Assembly: GCA_039585535.1 (NCBI GenBank)
Contig: JBDGVS010000013.1
Span: 1 to 42,892, forward strand
From: Gemmatimonadota bacterium
GTDB taxonomy: Bacteria; Gemmatimonadota; Gemmatimonadetes; Longimicrobiales; Gaopeijiaceae
Direction: 5' to 3'
DNA length: 42,892 bases
This document shows positions 26,361 through 35,973 of the stretch, piece by piece; the first letter of the stretch is position 1; each line of letters opens with the position of its first letter. The position numbers were made by a program, and so were the translations under genes. The notes beneath the pieces were generated by a model. The model worked only from the letters and a program-made list of their open reading frames with translations. It was not told the origin of the DNA and did not search any database.

Positions 26361-26828
26361 ATGAAGCGAGGGCAAATGGCCAGGGAGCGCGAGGGTGGAT
26401 CGGTAGCCCCCGAATCGGTGATTTCGATCATCGGTCCGGGCATGACGATCACAGGTGACTGCGAGACGGATGGAACGATTCGCATCGAGGGCTCGGTGGA
26501 AGGCTCCATCAAGGCCGGAAAGGCCGTCGTGATCGGTAAGCAGGGCGTCGTCACTGGAGACATTCATACCCAAGATGCGGTGATCTCCGGCCGAGTAGAC
26601 GGCACTCTGGTCGCGGCGTCCCGGCTCGAACTTCAGGCTACATGCCGAATCGACGGCGAGGTTTACACCCGCAGGATGCAGCTTGAAGAGGGTGCCGTCC
26701 TGAACGGGAATGTGCATATGGGTCAAGATCTGCCGCTCGAAAAATCCGGAGGTGCGAAGGCTCGGCCGGGAACGTCGGCCCAGTCCGGCTCGAACCAGGA
26801 GCGCGCGGAAGCCCCTGCTGGCGCCTGA
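26361..26828 (+). CDS. Bactofilin (polymer-forming cytoskeletal protein, DUF583)
   Basis: Repetitive beta-helix pattern (ITGDCETDGTIRIEGSVEGSIKAGKAVVIGKQGVVTGDIHTQDAVISGRVDGTL...) with a disordered C-terminal tail. Confidence 0.85.
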   Translation: MKRGQMAREREGGSVAPESVISIIGPGMTITGDCETDGTIRIEGSVEGSIKAGKAVVIGKQGVVTGDIHTQDAVISGRVDGTLVAASRLELQATCRIDGEVYTRRMQLEEGAVLNGNVHMGQDLPLEKSGGAKARPGTSAQSGSNQERAEAPAGA

Positions 26829-26884
26829 TTTCGGGGGTTCCACCAGTCCTCCACAGCTTTTCCACATAGGATTCCGGAGGACGA

Positions 26885-27643
26885 ATGAAACTGGAACCCC
26901 TCCTCCAGTACATTGAAAATTACCTGGGAACCGTCGAGCATCCGGACTATTCGACGGCACTGAACGGACTCCAGGTCGGCGGCCCCGACACGGTCGCAAG
27001 GATCGCTACCGCGGTAGATGCGTCTCAGGTCACGATTGATCGCGCTGCCGAACTCGGAGCCGACATGCTGCTCGTGCATCATGGGCTCTTCTGGGATGGC
27101 CTTCGCCCTGTAGTCGGCCGTCAGTTTCGGCGACTTAAGGCATTGTTGGACAACGACATCGCCCTCTATAGCTGTCACTTGCCGCTCGACAGTCACGCTG
27201 AGGTGGGCAACTGCATCCTGCTCACGCGTGCCATCGGTGTCGAGCCTCAAGGCCGTCTCGGCTCGTATAAGGGCGTGGATCTCGGCTGGTGGGGTCGGCT
27301 GCCTGAGCCCTTGGGCATCGACGACTTTGTCCGTTCCGTTTCTGGTGCCGTGGGTGGACCGGTCCAGGCGCTGCCCGGGGGACCCACCCTGATCGAGCGC
27401 GTTGGGGTTCTGACCGGGGGCGGTGGCTCGTTCGTGCGTGAGGCTGCGGAGCTCGGGCTGGATGCGTTTGTGACTGGAGAGGGCGCGCACCATACGTTTT
27501 TCGACGCAGAAGAATTTGGAATCCATGTTCTTTTCGCAGGTCACTACGCCACGGAAACATTTGGCGTCCAGGCGCTCGGCGAGCATCTCGCGGAGAGGTT
27601 TTCGCTGGAGACGGTGTTCATTGACCGTCCCACCGGCCTCTGA
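26885..27643 (+). CDS. Nif3-like dinuclear metal centre protein (YbgI/GTP cyclohydrolase 1 type 2 homologue)
   Basis: NGLQVGG, ADMLLVHHGLFW, YSCHLPLDSH and GHYATE motifs typical of NIF3 family proteins. Confidence 0.85.
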   Translation: MKLEPLLQYIENYLGTVEHPDYSTALNGLQVGGPDTVARIATAVDASQVTIDRAAELGADMLLVHHGLFWDGLRPVVGRQFRRLKALLDNDIALYSCHLPLDSHAEVGNCILLTRAIGVEPQGRLGSYKGVDLGWWGRLPEPLGIDDFVRSVSGAVGGPVQALPGGPTLIERVGVLTGGGGSFVREAAELGLDAFVTGEGAHHTFFDAEEFGIHVLFAGHYATETFGVQALGEHLAERFSLETVFIDRPTGL

Positions 27644-27654
27644 GCGGGACTCCG

Positions 27655-29502
27655 GTGACCTTCGACCCCGCTGCGTTTCTCGCCACAGCGCCTCTGGTTC
27701 CTGTTGAACTCGCTGCGGACGGCGCCGTTCGATACGTCGGGGAGCAAGGGGAGATCCTGCTCGGAGTGGCCCGAGCTGAGTGGCTCAAGCACGACTTCTG
27801 GACCAGCCATATCGTGCCGGACGACCAACGGATGGTCGTAGACGCTCGTGCTGCGGTGGTCCGGGAAGGCGTGCCGCGAACGATCGACTACCGCATCGAG
27901 CATGCCGATGGACGTGTGGTGTGGGTCTGCGAGTCGATCGGCCGGGGCGTAGACTCTGACGGATCCGTTTGCCTCCGCGGGTATTTGATGGAGGTGACCG
28001 ATCGAAAGCGACAGGAGGTGGCTCTTTGGAAGAGCGAGGAGCGGCTTCGGGCGCTGCTGCGGTCCGCCCCGGATGCGATGGTTCTGACCGACTTTGACGG
28101 ACGCATCCTGGAGATGAATGACCAGGCCGAGGCACTTCTCGAATACCGTCTGTCCGACGTGGTTGGGTCGTCCATCGACCACCTGACTCCGGCGCGACTG
28201 CGGTCGCGGATTCCGGAGCTGCGGGCGGCCTTCGATCGAGATCCGCACCGGCGGTCTCTCATCGACGGGCACGGCTTCGCGATCGAGCGAAGCGATGGAA
28301 CCGAGATGCCCGTGGAGTTGAGCATGAGCATCGTCACTGGGGCGGACGATTCTCGGCAGCTGCTCTGCTCACTCCGTGACCTCACGACTCGAAGGCGAGT
28401 CGAGGCGCAGTTAAGATCGAGCGAACAGCGTCTTCGAGAGATGGCAAACGTGGTCCCGGCCATGGTGTGCTCCGTGGACACCGAGCACCGCTACCGTTTC
28501 GTGAATGACGCCTACGCGCGTTGGCACGGGTGGGAGCGTCACCAAATGGAGGGTCGCCTGTTCCGCGAAGTCGTGGGGGAAAAACTCTTCACGGAGCTGA
28601 GCACCTCGATCGATGCCGTGCTCGCCGGGGACGCCACCCACTTTCGAGGTGACATGGCGGACGTCGGGGGCCGCACGATTCCGGTGGACGTGAGCCTGGT
28701 GCCGCAGCACGGTGAAGAGGGCGACGTCACCGGGTATTTCGTTGTTGTCTTTGACGTGACCTCAGAGATCGCCGCGCGCGATGCGGATCGGCGCCACCGG
28801 GATGAGCTGGCGCACGTCGGCCGCGTCGCGACGATGGGAGAGCTCGCTGCGTCGATCGCGCACGAGTTGAATCAGCCGCTTTCGGCGATCGTCGCGAATG
28901 CTCAGGCAGCGCAACGCCTGCTTGGGGCGATTCCGCCTGATCTCGAAGAGGTAGGTGAGGCGTTGGCCGACATCTCTGCGGCCGGCAGCCGAGCGGGAAA
29001 CGTGATCGCGAGTATTCGAGACCTGCTCCAGCGGGGGGAGACGCGAGACGAGGCGGTGGACCTGGTCTCGCTCACTCGCGAGGTGATCGACTTCCTGCAC
29101 AGTGAGGTCGTCAGCCGGGGGGTCGCCGTCGCGATTGACGGAAGCGATGCAATAGTCCCGACGGTCAGAGGGGATCGGATCCAGCTGAAGCAACTTCTTC
29201 TGAATCTTCTCATGAATGCCATCGAAGCCGCAGCGCGATCACCGGCCAAGAGCGGGAGGGTGGATGTGGTCGTGGCCGAGAGGGGACAGGAAGTCGAAGT
29301 CGCCGTGACCGACACGGGCCCCGGACTCCCGACGGACGACATCGAGGACCTCTTCACACCGTTCGTCTCGCGGCGCGCGGACGGCCTCGGGATGGGGCTG
29401 GCGATCTGTCGGAGCATCGTCGAAGCACACGACGGGCAGCTGTGGGGCGAGAACAATCCAGGCGGCGGGGCAGCCTTTCGAGTGAGGCTTCCGCTCCGGT
29501 GA
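27655..29502 (+). CDS. Cytoplasmic multi-PAS sensor histidine kinase
   Basis: About three PAS-like modules and no TM segment. H-box SIAHELNQPLSAI, N-box LLLNLLMNAIEA, G1 DTGPGL, G2 GLGMGLAICRSI. GTG start. Confidence 0.88.
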   Translation: MTFDPAAFLATAPLVPVELAADGAVRYVGEQGEILLGVARAEWLKHDFWTSHIVPDDQRMVVDARAAVVREGVPRTIDYRIEHADGRVVWVCESIGRGVDSDGSVCLRGYLMEVTDRKRQEVALWKSEERLRALLRSAPDAMVLTDFDGRILEMNDQAEALLEYRLSDVVGSSIDHLTPARLRSRIPELRAAFDRDPHRRSLIDGHGFAIERSDGTEMPVELSMSIVTGADDSRQLLCSLRDLTTRRRVEAQLRSSEQRLREMANVVPAMVCSVDTEHRYRFVNDAYARWHGWERHQMEGRLFREVVGEKLFTELSTSIDAVLAGDATHFRGDMADVGGRTIPVDVSLVPQHGEEGDVTGYFVVVFDVTSEIAARDADRRHRDELAHVGRVATMGELAASIAHELNQPLSAIVANAQAAQRLLGAIPPDLEEVGEALADISAAGSRAGNVIASIRDLLQRGETRDEAVDLVSLTREVIDFLHSEVVSRGVAVAIDGSDAIVPTVRGDRIQLKQLLLNLLMNAIEAAARSPAKSGRVDVVVAERGQEVEVAVTDTGPGLPTDDIEDLFTPFVSRRADGLGMGLAICRSIVEAHDGQLWGENNPGGGAAFRVRLPLR

Positions 29503-29882
29503 CCTCCCTGTCGTTTCGCGGCCCCGTCGCGATCGTGGACGACGATCCGGGGGTCCGAAAGGCGCTCCAAAGACTCCTTCGTGCCCATGGTCTGGATGCG
29601 GTCGTCCACGAATCGGGGATGAAGTTTCTGGAGTCGCCCGAGCTTCATGAAGTGGAGTGTCTGATTCTCGACATGCACATGCCCGGAGTGTCCGGTGTGG
29701 AGGTGCTTGAGGAGGTCAAGGTTGCGGCGACCAAGCTGCCGGTCGTGCTCATGACCGGACGCTACGAAGTCGATTTCGCTCAGCGGTCGCTCGATGCGGG
29801 CGCTTCTGCTTTCTTACGGAAGCCCTTTGAAGAAGATGAGCTTCTTCGGGCAATCGAGATCGCGACTGGCGCTCGGCGTTGA
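29499..29882 (+). CDS. Stand-alone response regulator receiver domain protein
   Basis: VAIVDDD, phospho-acceptor context LILDMHMPGVSG, LMTG and FLRKPF; no output domain. The GTG start overlaps the kinase stop (GTGA). Confidence 0.82.
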   Translation: MTSLSFRGPVAIVDDDPGVRKALQRLLRAHGLDAVVHESGMKFLESPELHEVECLILDMHMPGVSGVEVLEEVKVAATKLPVVLMTGRYEVDFAQRSLDAGASAFLRKPFEEDELLRAIEIATGARR

Positions 29883-29917
29883 GTGCGCCATCGATCACAT
29901 TACATCGAGACCCTGTC

Positions 29918-30949
29918 ATGCCCCGATTGATTAGACGCGTGTTGTTGGCGATCGCTCTGGTCGCCATTCCGTCAGCGTCCCAGGCCCAGGACCTGGTGGA
30001 CGTCTTCGCCCGCATCAGTGACGCGGTCGTTGTCGTGTACACCGAGACGACGGAGTATCAGTTCACCGGCCAGGCGGTAGCCGTCTCCGTGCCCGGAACT
30101 GGCTCCGGAGTGCTCATTTCGCCGAACCAGATCATGACCGCCGCGCATGTGGTGCAGGCCGCGAACCAGGTCGTCGTCGTCTTCCCGAGTGGGGAGGAGT
30201 TTCAGGCGACGGTTACGGCTTCCAGCGAGACGCATGATGTGGCCCTGCTCAGACTCGAGCGGGCGGTTGCAACGACTCCGGCCGTCCTCGGTGACTCGGA
30301 TGCCATGCGCATCGGTGAGGAGGTCTTCGTTGTGGGTGCGCCGCTCGGCGAGAGTCACACGCTGACCGTTGGTCACCTGAGCGCTCATCGAGAACGCGCC
30401 GGGCTTCTCGGCACTTCCACGGTTGAGTTTCTGCAAACGGATGCATCGATCAATCCGGGTAACTCGGGTGGCCCGATGTTCAACATGGACGGAGAGGTGG
30501 TGGGGATCGTGAGTCATATCCTCACCCAGTCCGGGGGTTCGGTCGGGCTCGGCTATGCCGTTGCTTCCAATACGGCGCGCACCGTACTGCTGGAAGAGCG
30601 CGCCTGGTACTCGGGTCTTTCCGGTGTGCCCGTGACCGGCGCACTCGCAGCGATACTGAACGTGCCGCCGCCCGGCGGCGGTCTCATGGTCAATGCGGTG
30701 GCCAAGGGGTCGTTCGGCGAGCGCCTGGGCGTCCGGCCAGCGGTTTTGCCGGTGACGATCGCAGGTCAGGAGCTCAAGCTCGGCGGCGACATCGTCATCG
30801 AAGTGATGGGCATCCCGATCGGAGACGGATTACAAAATGGCGATCAGATACGTGACGCGATGCTGGCGCTCCCACCGAATTCCATCGTCCGTGTGAAGGT
30901 TTTGCGAGCCGGTGAGATCATCGAGCTCGTGGCCACGAGTGGGCGCTGA
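29918..30949 (+). CDS. Secreted trypsin-like serine protease with C-terminal PDZ domain (HtrA/DegP family)
   Basis: Signal peptide (MPRLIRRVLLAIALVAIPSASQAQD). Catalytic triad contexts TAAHVV, HDVALLRL and GNSGGPMF. PDZ-like C-terminus. Confidence 0.85.
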   Translation: MPRLIRRVLLAIALVAIPSASQAQDLVDVFARISDAVVVVYTETTEYQFTGQAVAVSVPGTGSGVLISPNQIMTAAHVVQAANQVVVVFPSGEEFQATVTASSETHDVALLRLERAVATTPAVLGDSDAMRIGEEVFVVGAPLGESHTLTVGHLSAHRERAGLLGTSTVEFLQTDASINPGNSGGPMFNMDGEVVGIVSHILTQSGGSVGLGYAVASNTARTVLLEERAWYSGLSGVPVTGALAAILNVPPPGGGLMVNAVAKGSFGERLGVRPAVLPVTIAGQELKLGGDIVIEVMGIPIGDGLQNGDQIRDAMLALPPNSIVRVKVLRAGEIIELVATSGR

Positions 30950-31001
30950 TCCACCCGCGATCGTGACTGGCAACATTATTCCTCGAGGAGGAACCCACGT
31001 G

Positions 31002-33290
31002 ATGCGTTCTCTATGGGCGGCGCTGACCTCCGCCGCCATTCTCTCGCCCGCCGCGGCCGCTCAAACGGTGCCGACGCCGCTCGAGCATTTCGGCTTCGAG
31101 ATCGGCGCGGACCGGAAACTCGCGAACTGGGACGAGCTGACTGCGTACTTTGAACGTCTGGCAGAGACGAGCGATCGCGTCGTGGTGGATACCCTCGGCC
31201 CGACGACAGAGGGCCGCCCTTTCGTAATGCTTACGATCACGAGCCCTGAGAACCAGGCACGGCTTGATGAGCTGCACGAGATCCAGATGAAGCTCGCCGA
31301 TCCGCGGCGAGTGATGGACGACGCCGAGCTCGAGCAACTGTTCGACGCGGGTCGGTCGGTGGTGCTCATTACCCAGGGGATCCACGCCACCGAGGTTGGG
31401 GCGAGCCAGATGTCGGCGAACCTCGCGTACGAGCTCGCGTCGTCGGATAGCGAAAGGGTCCTCGAGATTCTGGATGAAGTGATTCTGCTTCAGGTCCCCT
31501 CGCTCAACCCGGACGGTCTGCACTGGGTCGCTGAGTGGTACACCAGCCTCGTTGGCACCGAGTTCGAGGGAGCGACCCTCCCCTGGCTCTACCATTCTTA
31601 TGTGGGCCACGACAACAACCGCGATTGGTATGCCTTCACGCAGGACGAGACCGTTCTCACGGTAGAGAAGGCCCATAACGCATGGCATCCGCAGATCGTG
31701 CACGATGTGCACCAGATGGGCGGCAATGGAGCGCGGATGTTCTTTCCCCCGTACATCGAGCCCTGGGAGCCGAATGTTGATCCCGCGCTCACGTCTGCGG
31801 TAAGCCAGCTCGGTACGTACATGGCCGCCGAGCTCACAGCTCAGGGCAAGAAGGGCGTCGTGGTCAACGCTCAGTACGATGCGTTCAGCCCGGCGCGCGC
31901 CTACATGCACTACCACGGGGCTGCGCGTATCCTGTCGGAGACCGCCTCGGCACGAATGGCCACCCCGGTCACGGTCTCACCCGACGTCTTCGGCCCGGGC
32001 CGTAACTTCGATGCGTCGAAGCGATCCTGGAATTTTCCGGCGCCGTGGGAAGGCGGAGACTGGGGGCTGCCCGACATCGTCGAATACCAGAAGGCGGGCG
32101 CTTTGGCGCTGCTCACGAACGCAGCTCGAAACCGCCGGTATTGGCTCGAGAACTTCTACGGCGTGAACCGTCGAGCCGTCGAGAAGTGGGACGCATGGCC
32201 CGATGCGTGGATCATTCCCGCAGGGCAGGACAATGATCCCGGCATCACGTATGCGATACGTGCGCTCACCATGGCCGATGTCGAGGTTCACCGTGCTGAG
32301 GCTGCGTTCAGCGTCGGCGATATGCAGTTCCCCGAGGGGAGCTATGTGATCCCCATGAATCAGCCGTACGCGAGCTTCGCGAATACGATGCTGGAGATCC
32401 AGGTGTACCCTGATCTTCGAGAGTATCCGGGCGGACCGCCGCTGCGTCCGTACGATGTAACCGCGCACACCCTGGGCTACCTGCTCGACTTCGATGCTGT
32501 CGCGGTCGATGGAGATCTCGAGGTCACGGTCTCGGACCCACTCCCGGTCCCGGAATTCGATTTCCGGCTCCCCGAGAGGTTGAGTGGCAGTGACGCACCG
32601 CGTGTCGCCATGTACAAGTCGTGGGCCGAGCCGATGCCGGAAGGCTGGCAGCGATGGGTCTTCGATCAGCATTCGATGCCGTACGACACGCTGCACGATG
32701 CGGACATTCAGGGCGGTGCGCTTGCCGACTACGACGTGCTCATCTTTCAGGCTCAGTCGGCTTCGTCGATCCTGAACGGGCACGACCCCGCACGCATGCC
32801 AGCGCCCTACGCCGGCGGACTCGGAGGCCCCGGTGCTGACGAGGTTCGCGCCTTCGTCGAGAATGGGGGTCGCATGGTCGCGATCGAGGCGGCGACCGAT
32901 TTTGCACGGGATCTATTCGACCTCGGTATCGAGAATCTGACGGCTGACCTTCCGAACACTGAGTTCTACATTCCGGGAGCGATCCTCCGTCTCGAGCTGG
33001 ACGGCTCGTCGGAACTTGCGGAGGGCATGCGGTCCGAGACCTCCGCCTGGTACTGGCGCTCGAGCATGGCATTCGAGGTGAACGACTCGAGGGTGCGCGT
33101 CGCTGCTCGTTACGGATCAGGAGATCCGCTCCTGTCGGGGTGGGTCATGGGTGGTGACCACATTGCGGGGCGTCCCGCCATCCTCGAGGCTGATATCGGG
33201 GCCGGATCACTCGTCCTCTTTGGCTTCCAGCCGAACTACCGGGCTCAGACCATGGCTACCTGGCCCCTTCTCTTCAACGCGATTCGATGA
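31002..33290 (+). CDS. Secreted M14-family metallocarboxypeptidase-like protein with a large C-terminal extension (possibly GATase1/ThuA-like)
   Basis: Signal peptide MRSLWAALTSAAILSPAAAAQ. Zinc motif context GIHATEVG (HxxE), SLNPDG, NRDW. The C-terminus has YDVLIFQ...VRAFVENGGRMVAIE. The ATG at 31002 is preceded by GGAGGA. Confidence 0.75.
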   Translation: MRSLWAALTSAAILSPAAAAQTVPTPLEHFGFEIGADRKLANWDELTAYFERLAETSDRVVVDTLGPTTEGRPFVMLTITSPENQARLDELHEIQMKLADPRRVMDDAELEQLFDAGRSVVLITQGIHATEVGASQMSANLAYELASSDSERVLEILDEVILLQVPSLNPDGLHWVAEWYTSLVGTEFEGATLPWLYHSYVGHDNNRDWYAFTQDETVLTVEKAHNAWHPQIVHDVHQMGGNGARMFFPPYIEPWEPNVDPALTSAVSQLGTYMAAELTAQGKKGVVVNAQYDAFSPARAYMHYHGAARILSETASARMATPVTVSPDVFGPGRNFDASKRSWNFPAPWEGGDWGLPDIVEYQKAGALALLTNAARNRRYWLENFYGVNRRAVEKWDAWPDAWIIPAGQDNDPGITYAIRALTMADVEVHRAEAAFSVGDMQFPEGSYVIPMNQPYASFANTMLEIQVYPDLREYPGGPPLRPYDVTAHTLGYLLDFDAVAVDGDLEVTVSDPLPVPEFDFRLPERLSGSDAPRVAMYKSWAEPMPEGWQRWVFDQHSMPYDTLHDADIQGGALADYDVLIFQAQSASSILNGHDPARMPAPYAGGLGGPGADEVRAFVENGGRMVAIEAATDFARDLFDLGIENLTADLPNTEFYIPGAILRLELDGSSELAEGMRSETSAWYWRSSMAFEVNDSRVRVAARYGSGDPLLSGWVMGGDHIAGRPAILEADIGAGSLVLFGFQPNYRAQTMATWPLLFNAIR

Positions 33291-34135
33291 TGACCGAGGG
33301 AACGAAGACCCTGCCTTGCCCGGAGTGCGGAGAGGGCGCGCACGGAAACTTCTGTCAGAACTGCGGTGCCAGCCTGGGCGGTCGGTTCTGCAACCAGTGT
33401 GGCTCGAAGGTCGCACCGGGCGGGAAGTTCTGTAGTGACTGCGGGTCGGGGGTGCTGGGGGGCGGAGCTTCCCAGTCGGCCGCCTCGGCGACCCGGGCAT
33501 CATCGCGAGCCAGTCTGGAGCGAAAAGCCGCAGCGGCAGAGGTCGTCGGCGGTCAGAATCTGGCGTGGTGGGTCGCGGGCGTTGCGATGTTCGCGTTGAT
33601 CCTCTTCGTGGGTATCACGATGGTGCGACCCGGACCTGCCGCGGGTCCGACCGCCGGGTCATCTTCGGCTGCGCCGGCTGCGGCGGGGACACCCCCGGAC
33701 ATCTCCCAGATGAGCCCGATCGAGGCTGCGGATCGCCTCTTCAATCGCGTAATGACATCGGTCTCAGCGGGAGATTCGACGGCCGCTCAGCAGTTCATGC
33801 CCATGGCGATCGCCGCGTACAACCGTGCTCGTCCTTTGACGCTGGACGGGCTCTTCCACCTATCGATGTTGAACCGTACCGCGGGCAACCTCGAGGCCGC
33901 GTTGGACAATGCGCTCGAGATCGTAGAGGCGGATCCGAATCATCTTCTGGGGCTCGCAGCTGCGGCCGAAGCGGCAGTGGAATTGGGCGAACTGGATGAG
34001 GCAGAGGTCCATTATCGGCAGATTGCCGCTGTCTTCGATGAGGAGAGTCAGCGTCCTTTGGAGGAGTACGACATGCATTCGCAGATCGTGCTCGTATTGA
34101 AGGAAGACGCCGAGCGCTTTCTCGTGAGCCGTTGA
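33287..34135 (+). CDS. Zinc-ribbon / single-TM / TPR-like hypothetical protein
   Basis: Three CxxC pairs plus one lone cysteine at the N-terminus (CPEC, C, CQNC, CNQC, CSDC), one TM helix (LAWWVAGVAMFALILFVGITMV), and a helical repeat C-terminus. ATGA overlap with the upstream M14 gene. Confidence 0.65.
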   Translation: MMTEGTKTLPCPECGEGAHGNFCQNCGASLGGRFCNQCGSKVAPGGKFCSDCGSGVLGGGASQSAASATRASSRASLERKAAAAEVVGGQNLAWWVAGVAMFALILFVGITMVRPGPAAGPTAGSSSAAPAAAGTPPDISQMSPIEAADRLFNRVMTSVSAGDSTAAQQFMPMAIAAYNRARPLTLDGLFHLSMLNRTAGNLEAALDNALEIVEADPNHLLGLAAAAEAAVELGELDEAEVHYRQIAAVFDEESQRPLEEYDMHSQIVLVLKEDAERFLVSR

Positions 34136-34177
34136 TGGACCGGAGGCTTTACCCATAGCACTCCGGGCGAGGCCGCG

Positions 34178-35170
34178 ATGAGGGTCTTTCTCACTGGTGG
34201 CACTGGGCTCCTCGGGTCTCACCTGGCTGAGGAGCTTTTGCGCTCCGGGGCTGAGGTGGTGGCTTTGCATCGACCCGGTGCGGATACGCTGTTCCTCGAG
34301 GAGTCGGGGTGTGCGCTCGCGCCGGGGGATGTGCTCGACTCCGCAGAAGCGCTTGCGCCCCGCATGGCCGGATGCACCCACGTCGTGCACGGCGCCGCGC
34401 TCGTGTATGCCGGTGGAACGTGGCCTGCCATCCGGGCCGTCAATGTGGAGGGCACGCGGCACGTGCTCGAGGCCGCGGCGCTCGCAGGGCTCACCCACGC
34501 TGTTCATGTTTCTTCCGTCGCTGTGTATGGGACTGTAGACGGTCCGGTAAGCGAAGACGGAGCGATCAACGCCGACGTGCCGGAGGATGATCTGTACGCT
34601 CGCTCAAAAAGGATGGCCGAATCGGAAGCACGGTCGGTCGAGCGCGAGCGGGGCCTGCCGGTAACGGTGGTTCGCCCGTCGGCGGTGTATGGAGAGCGCG
34701 ACCGGCTGATGGTTCCCGCACTGGCTGACATCCTGAGAAAGCCGATCGTGCCGGTCTTCGGTCATGGTCACAACACGCTGCCGGTTGTCTACGCAGGGAA
34801 CGTGGCGGTCGCGATCAGACGCATGCTCGAAGCTGGGGAGGGAGGGACTGACTCCACCTACGATGTCGGCCTCGACTACCCACTCACGCAGCGGGATCTG
34901 TTTGCGTGGCTGGCCACGGGTCTCGGTCGGTCACCACGCTATCTGACGGTGCCCGCCGGAGCGGTGCGTGCCGTCGTAGCGGTGCTGTCTCGACTCGGGG
35001 TGAAGACACCCGGAGCCCAACACCTCCCCCTCGAGCGCGTCGCCCGCCTGGCGCTCGGGGAGAACCCGTATCCATCGACGCGAATCCGACAGCATCTGGA
35101 CTGGGAGCCGTCGTATTCGCACCCTGAGTCACTCGCACGCTCGGGTCGCTGGTTCGCGACCCAGCTCTGA
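34178..35170 (+). CDS. NAD-dependent epimerase/dehydratase (extended SDR)
   Basis: Rossmann motif VFLTGGTGLLGSHL and catalytic YARSK (YxxxK). Confidence 0.85.
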   Translation: MRVFLTGGTGLLGSHLAEELLRSGAEVVALHRPGADTLFLEESGCALAPGDVLDSAEALAPRMAGCTHVVHGAALVYAGGTWPAIRAVNVEGTRHVLEAAALAGLTHAVHVSSVAVYGTVDGPVSEDGAINADVPEDDLYARSKRMAESEARSVERERGLPVTVVRPSAVYGERDRLMVPALADILRKPIVPVFGHGHNTLPVVYAGNVAVAIRRMLEAGEGGTDSTYDVGLDYPLTQRDLFAWLATGLGRSPRYLTVPAGAVRAVVAVLSRLGVKTPGAQHLPLERVARLALGENPYPSTRIRQHLDWEPSYSHPESLARSGRWFATQL

Positions 35171-35189
35171 TCCGATCCGGAGAATCCAA

Positions 35190-35960
35190 GTGGACGACGT
35201 TTTCGATCCGACCAAAGACCCAACGAAGCCATTCCCGTACGAGCAGGAGACGGAGGACGAGCGACTCCTCGCGAGTATGGAGGAGCTCGACGAAATCGGT
35301 CGAGATGCCTGGCGCGTCTTCCGTATCATGGGTGAATTCGTTGAAGGCTTCGAGCGAATGGGCAATATTGGAACGGGTGTTTCGATTTTTGGATCAGCCC
35401 GCACCGCTCCTGGTCATCCAGAGTACGAAGCGTGTGTGGAAATGGCCCGACTCCTGGGCGAGGCTGGCTTCCCGATCATCACGGGAGGAGGCCCCGGAAT
35501 CATGGAGGCCGCCAATAAGGGGGCGCAGATCTCTGGTGTGCCCTCGATCGGGTGCAACATCGAACTTCCCTTCGAGCAGAGCAGCAATCCCTACCTCGAT
35601 CACTCGATCGACTTCCGATACTTCTTCGTCCGCAAGACGATGTTCGTGAAGTACGCGTGTGCCTTCGTCATCTTCCCGGGCGGCTTCGGGACGATGGACG
35701 AACTCTTCGAGGCGCTCACCCTGATCCAGACCAACAAAGTGCGTGACTTCCCTGTCGTTCTCTGGGGATCCGACTATTGGTCGGGGCTCCTGGAGTGGCT
35801 CCGGAGTACCATGCTTTCTGGCGGCAAGATTGCGGCGGACGACCTCGACCTGATGCTGGTTACGGATGACGCGGTCGAGGCCACACAGCACATCGTGGAC
35901 CGACATGCACAGCTCAGCGCGCGCGGGGCCGAGCGGTTCCGACGTCGTCGGACGGACTGA
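35190..35960 (+). CDS. LOG-family (TIGR00730) nucleotide phosphoribohydrolase-like protein
   Basis: GGGPGIMEAANKGA and PGGFGTMDELFE hallmark motifs. GTG start. Confidence 0.85.
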   Translation: MDDVFDPTKDPTKPFPYEQETEDERLLASMEELDEIGRDAWRVFRIMGEFVEGFERMGNIGTGVSIFGSARTAPGHPEYEACVEMARLLGEAGFPIITGGGPGIMEAANKGAQISGVPSIGCNIELPFEQSSNPYLDHSIDFRYFFVRKTMFVKYACAFVIFPGGFGTMDELFEALTLIQTNKVRDFPVVLWGSDYWSGLLEWLRSTMLSGGKIAADDLDLMLVTDDAVEATQHIVDRHAQLSARGAERFRRRRTD

Positions 35961-35973
35961 CCGGCGCTTCGCC

